Positions 10,279 to 18,689 are shown, counted from the first letter of the stretch. The stretch: DNA of 64,000 bases from Patescibacteria group bacterium (GCA_018971265.1 JAGXBE010000001.1:1051-65050); one strand, 5' to 3'. The notes: generated by a model not told the origin, from the sequence alone. Numbers and translations are program-made.

Positions 10279-12927
10279 ATGACTACTAAAAAACAAAGCG
10301 CCAAGGAAGAGCATAAGCACAAACACGGGAGCGACTGGCTCACTGTGAGGGGTGCGCGTACGCATAACTTGAAAAATATCTCGGTTGAAATGCCACGAGG
10401 CGCAATGACGGTCATCACCGGCCTTTCCGGGAGCGGAAAGTCCTCGCTCGCTTTTGACACCATTTTCGCTGAAGGGCAGCGGCGCTATGTCGAATCACTT
10501 TCCGCGTATGCCCGGCAATTTCTCAATCAGATGGCAAAGCCGGATGTCGACGAGATTGCCGGCCTCTCGCCCGCCATTTCTATAGATCAGAAGAGCCGTT
10601 CCAACAATCCGCGCTCGACGGTTGCCACGGTTACCGAAGTCTATGATTATCTGCGCGTTCTCTACGCGCGTGCAGGCCAGCCGTACTGCGTCCATCACGA
10701 CGTGCCCATCGTGAAGCTATCGAAAGAAGAGATGGTTAAAATGGTATTTGCGCGCGTGGAGGCGAAACGCGCAAGAACGAATACCGAGGTCATGGGCGTT
10801 GCCGTCGACAAGAGTGCCGTAACTATTTATGCACCGGTGGTCGTCGGCCGGAAAGGAGAATACTACCAACTGCTCTACGATCTTCTCGGCAAGGGATACG
10901 AGAAGGTGGTCATCGACGGGAAGCCGCAATTGTTGCGCGAGAAAATCGCCCTCGATAGGAACAAGCGTCACGATATCGACGCCGTAGTCGATAGCATCTT
11001 CGTTTCCGAATTCACGCGCGGGACAGCAAGCGCCCGGGAGCGGCTTTCCGAAGCGCTCGAACTCGCTCTCAAAGAGGCCGATGGCTTGGTGAAAATATCC
11101 CATGCCGACGGTACGCTTGAAACCCTTTCGTCGAAATTCATTTGCCCGGAAGACGGCGCTTCTTTCCCGGAAGTCGAGCCGCGGCTCTTTTCTTTCAACT
11201 CGCCTTACGGCGCGTGCCCCACATGCAACGGACTTGGCACCGAGACTCTTTTTTCCGAAAAATCCTGCCCAACCTGCCTCGGCAAACGTTTGCGGCCCGA
11301 GGCGCTGCGCGTGTACCTTAAAGGAAAGAAAGACAAAACGCTGGGGAAAAATATCGTGGATTTCACCGACATGTCCATCAAAGAAGCGAAAGAGTTCGTC
11401 GACTCTATCGAACTCTCGGAAATGAAATTCGACATCGCCATGCCTATTCTGAAGGAGATAGACAGCCGTCTTACCTTCATGTTGAACGTCGGTCTCGACT
11501 ACCTCACCCTCAATCGTTCGGCGGCGACGCTTTCCGGCGGAGAGGCGCAGCGCATCCGGCTCGCCTCGCAGCTGGGGAGCGGGCTCACCGGTGCGCTTTA
11601 TGTGCTTGACGAGCCGACCATCGGACTCCATCAGCGTGACAACGATCGCCTCATCAAGACGCTGCTCACGCTGAAAGAGCTCGGCAACACCATCCTCGTC
11701 GTCGAACATGACGAAGACACGATTTTTTCTTCCGACTATCTCGTGGACATCGGCCCAGGAGCCGGTACCCACGGCGGCACAGTCGTCGTTTCCGGCTGGC
11801 TCGATGATCTTTTGACCGCGAAGGAAAACGAGACCGGTTCCGCGACGCTCGCGTACCTGCGTCAAGAGAGAGAAATTTCCGTCCCGGAGACGCGCCGCAC
11901 GAGCGAAAAGGGTTCTCTAAAAGTGCGCGGTGCAACGCTCCATAATCTTGTGAACCAAAACATCGACATACCCCTAGGGAAGCTCGTGTGCATTACGGGA
12001 GTGTCCGGAAGCGGCAAATCGACCTTCCTCTACGACATTTTGCATCGCAATATCGCCGCCCGATTTGCGAAGCGGGAAGCAAAGCTCGAGCACATCGCCT
12101 CACTCACCGGCACCGAATACATCGGTCGCGCAGTGCTCATCGATCAGTCTCCCATCGGCCGGACACCGCGCAGCAACCCCGCGACCTATACCGGCGCCTT
12201 TACGCACATTCGCGACCTCTTTGCTGCGACTGCCGAAGCGCGCGCGCGCGGCTGGAAACCGGGACGCTTTTCTTTCAATGTTCCCGGCGGACGCTGCGAG
12301 GCCTGCCAGGGAAACGGTTCCATCGCGGTGGAGATGCATTTCCTCCCGACCGTCTACGTGACCTGCGACATCTGTCTCGGCAACCGCTTCATGAAGGAGA
12401 CGCTCGAGATAACCTATCGAGGGAAAAATATCCATGAAGTGCTTCAAATGACCGTTGAGGATGCGGAGAAGTTTTTCGGCGACATCCCCGCCATCAATGA
12501 CCGGCTCTCGAGTCTGAATGCGACCGGGCTCGAATATCTCACGCTCGGACAGAGCGCGACGACGCTTTCGGGCGGGGAGGCGCAGCGTGTGAAAATCGCA
12601 AGCGAGCTGTACCGCAAAGTAACGATGAAAACCATTTACCTGCTCGACGAGCCGACCGTCGGCCTCCACTATGAGGATGTGAAGAAGCTTATCGAGATTC
12701 TGCAGGAACTCGTGCGGCGCGGGAGCACCGTCGTTGTCATCGAGCACAATCTTGATGTCATCAAAAGTGCGGACCATCTCATCGACTTCGGTCCCGAGGG
12801 CGGTGTGGGCGGCGGCAAAGTGGTCGCAAAAGGTACACCCGAAGAAGTCGCCGATACGGAGGGTTCCCACACGGGCGAATATCTTTCGAAGATTCTGAAA
12901 CGCCATGCAACGAAGCGAGCTCGTTAA
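10279..12927 (+). CDS. uvrA: excinuclease ABC subunit A
   Basis: Two ABC modules ([15 protein letters not shown] and [13 protein letters not shown]), LSGGEAQR signatures and zinc-finger CxxC pairs. Confidence 0.95.
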   Translation: MTTKKQSAKEEHKHKHGSDWLTVRGARTHNLKNISVEMPRGAMTVITGLSGSGKSSLAFDTIFAEGQRRYVESLSAYARQFLNQMAKPDVDEIAGLSPAISIDQKSRSNNPRSTVATVTEVYDYLRVLYARAGQPYCVHHDVPIVKLSKEEMVKMVFARVEAKRARTNTEVMGVAVDKSAVTIYAPVVVGRKGEYYQLLYDLLGKGYEKVVIDGKPQLLREKIALDRNKRHDIDAVVDSIFVSEFTRGTASARERLSEALELALKEADGLVKISHADGTLETLSSKFICPEDGASFPEVEPRLFSFNSPYGACPTCNGLGTETLFSEKSCPTCLGKRLRPEALRVYLKGKKDKTLGKNIVDFTDMSIKEAKEFVDSIELSEMKFDIAMPILKEIDSRLTFMLNVGLDYLTLNRSAATLSGGEAQRIRLASQLGSGLTGALYVLDEPTIGLHQRDNDRLIKTLLTLKELGNTILVVEHDEDTIFSSDYLVDIGPGAGTHGGTVVVSGWLDDLLTAKENETGSATLAYLRQEREISVPETRRTSEKGSLKVRGATLHNLVNQNIDIPLGKLVCITGVSGSGKSTFLYDILHRNIAARFAKREAKLEHIASLTGTEYIGRAVLIDQSPIGRTPRSNPATYTGAFTHIRDLFAATAEARARGWKPGRFSFNVPGGRCEACQGNGSIAVEMHFLPTVYVTCDICLGNRFMKETLEITYRGKNIHEVLQMTVEDAEKFFGDIPAINDRLSSLNATGLEYLTLGQSATTLSGGEAQRVKIASELYRKVTMKTIYLLDEPTVGLHYEDVKKLIEILQELVRRGSTVVVIEHNLDVIKSADHLIDFGPEGGVGGGKVVAKGTPEEVADTEGSHTGEYLSKILKRHATKRAR

Positions 12928-14143
12928 ATTCGACCTGCCGGACGTACCCGGTGTGTACCTGTTCAAGCAGGGGAGAAAGATTCTGTATGTCGGGAAAGCG
13001 ACAAATTTGCGGGACCGTGTGAAGTCGTATTTCGACGATGATCTGATAGCGACGCGCGGCCCGCGCGTTGTGGACATGGTGACGAAAGCCGATCGCATCG
13101 CCTTTGAAACGACACCAACGGTGCTTGAGGCGCTTGTGCGCGAAGCCGCACTCATTAAGAAACACCGTCCGTCTGCAAATACCGAAGGGAAAGACGATAA
13201 GACTTTTCTTTACGCGGCGATAACAAACGAGATGATTCCGCGCGTGCTCATGATACGCGGGAAGGATATTGATTTTAAGAATAAAAAATCGCAAGACATC
13301 GCCTTGCGTGCCCTCTATGGCCCGTTCCCGTCGGGCGCACAGTTGAAAGAGGGCCTGCGCCTCATACGCCGCATTTTCCCATTTTTTGATACAGCGAAAC
13401 CAGTGACGGTGCAGAGTAAACACCAAGCGGCGAAGATTGAATTCAACGCGCAGATTAAGCAATACCCCCGTACGTTCGAGGCCGGTGAGTATCGTCGTAC
13501 GATACGGCGGGTGATGCTTTTTTTGAGTGGTCGCGGCAAAGAGCTGCGCGCTCTGCTCGAACACGAGATGCGTGCGGCGGCGAAGAACGAGCGATTTGAA
13601 GACGCAGCCGAAGCGCGCCGCGAGCTTTTTGCGCTCGACCATATTCAAGACGTTTCGCTCATCAAGGATGGAAACCTTACAGGGCTCCGAGCGAATACCG
13701 CAAGCGCCCGCATCGAGGCCTATGACACTGCGCACCTTTCAGGCACGAACGCAATCGGTGTCATGACGGTGATTGAGGACGGCGTGCCGGCCAGACGCGA
13801 GTACCGGACGTTTCGCATACGCAGCGTTCAGAAGAACGATGACATTGCGTCCCTGAAGGAGATACTCATGCGGCGCATCAAGCATCCGGAGTGGTCATTT
13901 CCGAAAGCGATTATTGTGGATGGTGGGAAAGCGCATAAAAAAGCCGCGGAAAATGTGCTGAGTGCGGCTGGCCTCAATATTCCGGTCATAGCCGTGGTAA
14001 AGGATGAACGGCACCGGCCGCGCGAAGTTATCGGCGCACACCGGGTGTTCGTAAGCGATGCCGATGCCGTACTTGCCAATAGCGAGGCGCACCGCTTTTC
14101 GCTTGCGCGGCATCGACGCGCCCGGAGTAAAAGCATTCGTTAA
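12905..14143 (+). CDS. uvrC: excinuclease ABC subunit C, short form lacking the C-terminal (HhH)2 domain
   Basis: GIY-YIG N-terminus (VPGVYLFKQGRKILYVGKATNLRDRVKSYF), a UVR motif, and an RNase-H-like endonuclease domain (IEAYDTAHLSGTNAIGVMTV). Ends at 412 aa. Overlaps the uvrA end by 23 nt. Confidence 0.85.
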   Translation: MQRSELVKFDLPDVPGVYLFKQGRKILYVGKATNLRDRVKSYFDDDLIATRGPRVVDMVTKADRIAFETTPTVLEALVREAALIKKHRPSANTEGKDDKTFLYAAITNEMIPRVLMIRGKDIDFKNKKSQDIALRALYGPFPSGAQLKEGLRLIRRIFPFFDTAKPVTVQSKHQAAKIEFNAQIKQYPRTFEAGEYRRTIRRVMLFLSGRGKELRALLEHEMRAAAKNERFEDAAEARRELFALDHIQDVSLIKDGNLTGLRANTASARIEAYDTAHLSGTNAIGVMTVIEDGVPARREYRTFRIRSVQKNDDIASLKEILMRRIKHPEWSFPKAIIVDGGKAHKKAAENVLSAAGLNIPVIAVVKDERHRPREVIGAHRVFVSDADAVLANSEAHRFSLARHRRARSKSIR

Positions 14144-14219
14144 GTACCAAGTTTGACACCGGTGTCTGCGCCTGTAGTATTCATGATGGAATCTTCCATA
14201 AACCGCCGAGGAGTGTGCT

Positions 14220-14633
14220 ATGTTCGAGTCGACTGTCGTCCTCATCAAGCCGGATGGGGTTCTGATGGGGGTCGGCGAAAGAATCATTGAGCGTTATCTG
14301 ATGTCGAAGTTGGGCCTGCACAAACGCAGAGACATTTACTTTTCGCTCCGCCAGGCAGAAACTTTTTATGGCGAGCACGCCGGACGATTTTATTTCCCGG
14401 GACTCGTGTTGGCGATGACCAGCGGGCCATCAATCGCAATGGTGCTGCAGGGGGAGAATGCAGTGGCTCGAGTCCGCGAACTGAACGGAGCGACAAACCC
14501 GAGTAAAGCCGTCCCAGGCACAATCCGGCACGATTTTCGAAGTGCGGGCGGACCGTTTAACACGGTCCACGGTTCGGATAGTGTCGAGGCCGCTCGTAGG
14601 GAAATGGACGTGGTGTTCTGGAACTTAATCTAG
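14220..14633 (+). CDS. ndk: nucleoside diphosphate kinase
   Basis: TVVLIKPDGV ... NTVHGSDSVEAARREM, typical Ndk length (137 aa). Confidence 0.9.
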   Translation: MFESTVVLIKPDGVLMGVGERIIERYLMSKLGLHKRRDIYFSLRQAETFYGEHAGRFYFPGLVLAMTSGPSIAMVLQGENAVARVRELNGATNPSKAVPGTIRHDFRSAGGPFNTVHGSDSVEAARREMDVVFWNLI

Positions 14634-14677
14634 TCTTGTTCGCCGTTTTGCGCCGCTTCTTTGAGCGGCGTTTCTTT

Positions 14678-14686
14678 TGGTATACT
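14678..14686 (+). promoter_or_regulatory. extended -10 box TGGTATACT 7 nt upstream of the ddl ATG (leaderless-type promoter)
   Basis: TGnTATAnT motif seen in the sequence. The same arrangement recurs at many genes in the window. Confidence 0.4.
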
Positions 14687-14692
14687 TTCCTC

Positions 14693-15655
14693 ATGCAAAC
14701 TATCGTCGGCGTGCTGCGTGGCGGGCCGTCGCGCGAACATGAAGTCTCGCTCAAGACGGGTGCGGCCATTCTCGCAAATCTGCCTGAAGACCAATTTCTC
14801 GCGCGTGACATTTATATCGATAAAAATGGCGGGTGGCATGATCGCGGGCGCCCAACCGCGCCCGATCGCGTGTTGCGCCAGCTCGATGTTATTCTCATCG
14901 GTCTTCATGGTGAATACGGCGAGGACGGGGGCGTCCAGAAACTGCTCGACCGGTTCGGGGTCCCCTATGCCGGCGCGGATTCCTTCGGTTCGTATCTCGC
15001 GATGCACAAGCTCATGGCAAAAGTGCGCGCGCAAGAGACAGGGCTCTTCACACCGAAGTTCCGGCACATCGAGCGTGTCGCGGATGCCGAGGCGGCAGTA
15101 CGCGAGATCATCCGTGCCTTCCCGCAGCCGGTTGTCGTGAAGCCGGTCGGTTGGGGTTCATCGATCGGTGTTTCCATCGTGGGCGGGTATGCGCCGGTAC
15201 TCGCCGCAATCGAAGGACTTTTTACCGAAGGCGCGCCGAGTGTCCTCGTTGAGGAATATATCCGAGGTCGAGAAGCGACGGTGGGAGTCGTTGAAAAGCT
15301 CAGGAACAAACCGCTTTACGTACTTCCAACAATCGAAATAATACCGCGGAAGGGAAATTTCTTTTCGTATGCCGCCAAATATTCCGGCGAAACACGCGAG
15401 ATTTGTCCGGGCAATTTCTCTCGCGTCGTGACGGAAGAGCTTCAAAAAGCAGCGGAAATAATGCACCGCGCCCTTGGCCTAAGGCATTACTCGCGCACGG
15501 ATTTTCTTATCGCACCGAAAGGCGTGTATTACCTGGAGACCAACACATTGCCAGGCCTTACCGAGGAATCTCTCCTACCGAAATCACTCGCTGCAGTCGG
15601 CGTTTCGTTTCCAGACTTCCTCTCACATCTGGTCAATCTTGCGCTCACGCGGTAG
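14693..15655 (+). CDS. ddl: D-alanine--D-alanine ligase
   Basis: MQTIVGVLRGGPSREHEVSLKTG and ATP-grasp motifs. Start chosen at 14693 rather than the upstream in-frame ATG at 14636. Confidence 0.85.
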   Translation: MQTIVGVLRGGPSREHEVSLKTGAAILANLPEDQFLARDIYIDKNGGWHDRGRPTAPDRVLRQLDVILIGLHGEYGEDGGVQKLLDRFGVPYAGADSFGSYLAMHKLMAKVRAQETGLFTPKFRHIERVADAEAAVREIIRAFPQPVVVKPVGWGSSIGVSIVGGYAPVLAAIEGLFTEGAPSVLVEEYIRGREATVGVVEKLRNKPLYVLPTIEIIPRKGNFFSYAAKYSGETREICPGNFSRVVTEELQKAAEIMHRALGLRHYSRTDFLIAPKGVYYLETNTLPGLTEESLLPKSLAAVGVSFPDFLSHLVNLALTR

Positions 15656-15666
15656 AGTTTCTGCAG

Positions 15667-15739
15667 GGGCCGTTAGCTCAGTTGGTAGAGCACCTCGTTT
15701 GCAACGAGGGGGTCGCAGGTTCGAATCCTGTACGGTCCA
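15667..15739 (+). tRNA. tRNA-Ala (anticodon TGC)
   Basis: Cloverleaf folded by hand. Acceptor GGGCCGT with a G3:U70 pair (Ala identity element), anticodon loop TTTGCAA, T-loop TTCGAAT. Confidence 0.8.
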
Positions 15740-15789
15740 CAGAGCGAGAAAAAGTCGGATTATAGCACCGGCTTTTTCTTGCTTTGTGG

Positions 15790-15824
15790 CGGCGGATGTA
15801 CAGGATTCGAACCGATACGGTCCA
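15790..15824 (+). other. degenerate duplicate of the tRNA-Ala(TGC) 3' end (tRNA fragment)
   Basis: ggatgtacaggattcgaaccgatacggtcca shares TACGGTCCA and TTCGAA with the Ala 3' end located 50 nt upstream. It cannot fold as a T-arm. Confidence 0.4.
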
Positions 15825-15855
15825 TCTATCTTTTTATGTTATCCTGCTACAGTTC

Positions 15856-16042
15856 GCGCTCTTAGCTCAGTTGGTTAGAGCAGTTCGTTCACCCCGTTAG
15901 ATAATTGGGCGGTTAGCTCAGTTGGTTAGAGCGTACGCTTCACACGCGTAAGGTCACAGGTCCGATTCCTGTACCGCCCACCGGGTGTTATCTAACGGGG
16001 CAAGCACGCGAAAGGTCAGGGGTTCGAATCCCTTAGAGCGCA
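15856..16042 (+). ncRNA. Val-like tRNA gene split into 5' and 3' halves by a 135-nt insert that itself contains tRNA-Val(CAC); the halves are bridged by a 13-bp inverted repeat
   Basis: The 5' half gcgctct/ta/gctc-agttggttag-agc...gttcgttcac is complementary at the acceptor to the 3' end agagcgc, with T-arm aggggttcgaatccctt. Between them, ccccgttagataa (15892-15904) and ttatctaacgggg (15988-16000) are perfect reverse complements bracketing the inner tRNA. The outer anticodon stem pairs poorly as written. Confidence 0.35.
15907..15980 (+). tRNA. tRNA-Val (anticodon CAC), nested inside the split Val-like gene
   Basis: Acceptor GGGCGGT/ACCGCCC, D-arm tagctcagttggttagagc, anticodon stem tacgc/gcgta with loop TTCACAC, T-arm acagg-tccgatt-cctgt. 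Confidence 0.8.
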
Positions 16043-16061
16043 CACGGGAGGTGTTCTGTGT

Positions 16062-16133
16062 CGGGCCGGAGTATGCCGGTAGTACGCACGCTTCGGGTGC
16101 GTGTAGACCGGGTTCAATTCCCGGCGGCCCGAC
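16062..16133 (+). tRNA. tRNA-Pro (anticodon CGG)
   Basis: Acceptor CGGGCCG/CGGCCCG with C1:G72, anticodon stem cacgc/gcgtg with loop TTCGGGT, T-arm ccggg-ttcaatt-cccgg. Flanked by 11-bp direct repeats gaggtgttctg at 16048-16058 and 16153-16163. Confidence 0.8.
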
Positions 16134-16305
16134 AAAGAACATCTCTCGAAGAGAGGTGTTCTGGACCGCCAGGAATTGAGGGCCGGAGCGCGACGGCGTG
16201 AGGCGGGGTCGCGCAACACTCACAACGGGCTATAAGCAAAGCTTTCGTCTCCGTTGTTCCGGAGAGAATAATCATAGGAAGACTTGTGTTACTCTTCCTC
16301 CACAA

Positions 16306-16376
16306 CGGGCTATAGTATACCGGTAGTACGCATGCATGGGGTGCATGTAGACCGGGTTCGATTCCCGGTAGCCCGA
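16306..16376 (+). tRNA. tRNA-Pro (anticodon GGG)
   Basis: Acceptor CGGGCTA/TAGCCCG, anticodon stem catgc/gcatg with loop ATGGGGT, T-arm ccggg-ttcgatt-cccgg. Its first 14 nt (cacaacgggctata) are repeated at 16221-16234. Confidence 0.7.
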
Positions 16377-16461
16377 AAGTAGCGAAGCGAGGTAAGGAAT
16401 GGGAACGCGGAACGTTCGCCCGGGAATCGAAGGTCGGAAGGGTGAATTTTATTTTTCCGCG

Positions 16462-16470
16462 TGATAAAAT
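16462..16470 (+). promoter_or_regulatory. extended -10 box TGATAAAAT 9 nt upstream of tRNA-Ala(CGC)
   Basis: TGnTAnnAT motif seen in the sequence. Confidence 0.35.
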
Positions 16471-16479
16471 CGTCCCTAT

Positions 16480-16552
16480 GGGCCATTAGCTCAGTTGGTA
16501 GAGCGCGTCATTCGCATTGACGAGGTCAGGAGTTCGACTCTCCTATGGTCCA
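16480..16552 (+). tRNA. tRNA-Ala (anticodon CGC)
   Basis: Acceptor GGGCCAT/ATGGTCC with G3:U70, anticodon stem cgtca/tgacg with loop TTCGCAT, T-loop TTCGACT. Confidence 0.8.
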
Positions 16553-16561
16553 CCGTGCTTC

Positions 16562-16632
16562 GGGCCTATAGTTCAGCGGTAGAACGCGTCCATGGCATGG
16601 ACGAGGTCGGGGTCCGACTCCCCGTAGGTCCA
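16562..16632 (+). tRNA. tRNA-Ala (anticodon GGC)
   Basis: Acceptor GGGCCTA/TAGGTCC with G3:U70, anticodon stem cgtcc/ggacg with loop ATGGCAT. Confidence 0.75.
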
Positions 16633-16723
16633 CAAAATTAACGAGCCGTAATCGGCGATTATAATTTTGTAGGATATCGAGGTATTCCGAGGCGCCACAA
16701 ACAAAAAGTGTTACTATAATTTC

Positions 16724-17125
16724 ATGCTAAAAGAATTTAGACAATTTTTACTTCGCGGAAATGTCGTCGATCTGGCGGTTGGCGTCGTAGTCGGCGCAGC
16801 ATTCGGCACAGTTGTATCAGCTCTCGTCTCTGATCTCTTAACCCCGCTTATCGGCGCGGTCGCTAAAGTCCCTGACTTTAGCAAACTCTCGTTCACCCTC
16901 AACGGAAGCACATTCATGTATGGCCACCTCTTTAACGCGCTCATTTCTTTCGTTCTTGTCGCCGGCGCCGTTTTCTTTTTTGTGGTGAAGCCGATGAATT
17001 TGCTCGTTGCGCATTCGCGCACGGAAGCGCCGGCCGATCCGACAACCAGGAAATGTCCGGAATGCATGAGCGAGATTCCAATCAATGCGAAGCGCTGCAT
17101 GTACTGCACGCAAACCGTTGCTTGA
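16724..17125 (+). CDS. mscL: large-conductance mechanosensitive channel with a C-terminal zinc-ribbon-like tail
   Basis: MLKEFRQFLLRGNVVDLAVGVVVGAAFG is the MscL signature. The C-terminus ends KCPECMSEIPINAKRCMYC (CxxC...CxxC) instead of the usual helical bundle. TATAAT box at 16715-16720. Confidence 0.85.
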   Translation: MLKEFRQFLLRGNVVDLAVGVVVGAAFGTVVSALVSDLLTPLIGAVAKVPDFSKLSFTLNGSTFMYGHLFNALISFVLVAGAVFFFVVKPMNLLVAHSRTEAPADPTTRKCPECMSEIPINAKRCMYCTQTVA

Positions 17126-17148
17126 GGCAAATGAAGTTTCCGTAAGCT

Positions 17149-17190
17149 AAAAGCAAAACCCGCCCTGGGCGGGTTTTGCTTTTATAGTTT
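17149..17190. terminator. bidirectional Rho-independent terminator between mscL (+) and the SWIB gene (-)
   Basis: Hairpin gcaaaacccgccc-tgg-gcgggttttgc followed by a T-run (ttttatagttttt). An A-run precedes it, so it can terminate the other strand too. Confidence 0.7.
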
Positions 17191-17201
17191 TTGGACTCGC
17201 G

Positions 17202-17453
17202 TTAGCTTAAATGCGCCGAGACGAGCTTCGTCATCTCGAACATCGTGACCTCGCTTTTGCCGCCGAAAATCGCCTTCAATTTTTCATCGGCGAGAATATT
17301 TCTCTTGTTCTGGGGATTCTGAAGATTGTTCTTCTTGATATATTCCCAAAGCTTCTTAACCACTTCGGTTCGCGGAAGCGGGCCCGCGCCGATGACCGCC
17401 TCCAATTCCGGAGAAAGGTTGAGCGGCTTCGACAAAGCTGAATTCATAGCCAT
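17202..17453 (-). CDS. SWIB/MDM2-domain protein (84 aa)
   Basis: LSPELEAVIGAGPLPRTEVVKKLWEYIKKNNLQNPQNKRNILADEKLKAIFGG matches the SWIB domain consensus. Start chosen at MAMNS. Confidence 0.7.
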   Translation of the reverse strand: MAMNSALSKPLNLSPELEAVIGAGPLPRTEVVKKLWEYIKKNNLQNPQNKRNILADEKLKAIFGGKSEVTMFEMTKLVSAHLS

Positions 17454-17517
17454 AGAGTGTGAATTTTGTATTATTGCTAACTGACTGAGTATTATATAGC
17501 ACACTTTAGGCCCCATC

Positions 17518-17526
17518 TGCTAGAAT
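17518..17526 (+). promoter_or_regulatory. extended -10 box TGCTAGAAT 9 nt upstream of the atpB ATG
   Basis: Motif seen in the sequence. First gene of the atp operon. Confidence 0.4.
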
Positions 17527-17535
17527 ACAATTACC

Positions 17536-18282
17536 ATGCAAGGGGGAATCTCGGTCGTCCTTAAGGCGGAGCAACTTGGCTCCGTTTTCGGTTTTCCTAT
17601 CACCAACGCGCTCGTTATGACCTGGGCGGTTATGCTGCTCCTTATCGGCTTTGCATTTTTCTTCGGCCGCTCACTTTCACTCGTGCCAACCAAGCTTCAA
17701 AGCGCTGTAGAGTGGGCTTTTGAGGGCGCACTCGCCTATATGACCGAGGTTCTTGAAAGCAAAAAGCTTGCGCGGCGGTTTTTCCCGCTCGTCGCATCAA
17801 TTTTCCTTTTCATTGCGATTGCCAACGAGCTTGAATTCTTTCCGGGCGTCGGCTCATTCGGACTCGTGCACGCCACGAATTTCTTGCCTCTACTGCGTAC
17901 GCCGACAACGGACCTCAATTTTACCCTGGCACTCGCAATGATCTCCTTTTTTACCATCGAGATAACGGGTATCGCGACGCTCGGTTTTTTCAAATATGTC
18001 GGAAAATATGTTAACCTTAAATCACCCATCGGATTTGTCGTTGGGCTTATCGAGTTCATCAGCAACCTTGGTCGGCTTATCTCGTTCTCGTTCCGTCTTT
18101 TCGGGAATATCTTTGCCGGCGAGGTAATGGTGTTGGTCGCCGATTATTTCCTACCGTATTTCCTTCCGGCGCCCTTGATGGGGTTTGAGATGTTCATCGG
18201 GTTTGTGCAAGCCCTGGTTTTTGCGATGCTCACCCTTTTCTTCATAAAGCTCGCGATTACGGAGCCGCACGGAGCGCACTAG
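17536..18282 (+). CDS. atpB: F0F1 ATP synthase subunit a
   Basis: Polytopic membrane protein with a conserved Arg in FSFRLFGNIFAGE. Confidence 0.9.
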   Translation: MQGGISVVLKAEQLGSVFGFPITNALVMTWAVMLLLIGFAFFFGRSLSLVPTKLQSAVEWAFEGALAYMTEVLESKKLARRFFPLVASIFLFIAIANELEFFPGVGSFGLVHATNFLPLLRTPTTDLNFTLALAMISFFTIEITGIATLGFFKYVGKYVNLKSPIGFVVGLIEFISNLGRLISFSFRLFGNIFAGEVMVLVADYFLPYFLPAPLMGFEMFIGFVQALVFAMLTLFFIKLAITEPHGAH

Positions 18283-18343
18283 TCTTGCCGTCTGCAAGGA
18301 AGCGCACTTTGTACGGCTCTAGACTATGCGGGCTCTTTACTAA

Positions 18344-18592
<249 letters not shown>

Positions 18593-18689
18593 TTTAAGGA
18601 GTCGGTAAATTTCATGATCGCGCCATATGCAGCCCAATATGGGTATCAAAGACTCTGAACCCGCCTCATTCATTAAAAGTTTTTAACGC

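Noticed and set aside
10222-10279. Hairpin cctgccc-cgccac-gggcagg between uvrB and uvrA as an attenuator or terminator
   Set aside because: No following T-run. A short GC stem could arise by chance in 60%-GC DNA. uvrA is probably co-transcribed.
10717-11865. 382-aa minus-strand ORF inside uvrA
   Set aside because: Antisense to a high-confidence uvrA. The Arg/Cys/Gly-rich composition is typical of spurious antisense ORFs in high-GC DNA. No motifs.
12100-13735. 351-aa and 318-aa minus-strand ORFs overlapping the uvrA 3' end and uvrC
   Set aside because: Antisense to genes with clear ABC and GIY-YIG motifs. Low-complexity Arg-rich translations.
15954-16305. Minus-strand ORFs of 63-89 aa across the tRNA array
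   Set aside because: They overlap hand-folded tRNA genes. Translation of tRNA DNA is not credible.
15600-16700. Possibility that the repeated tRNA-like units form a CRISPR array
   Set aside because: Units are 71-74 nt and fold as tRNAs with different anticodons. Spacing is irregular. There are no short identical repeats with unique spacers and no cas genes.
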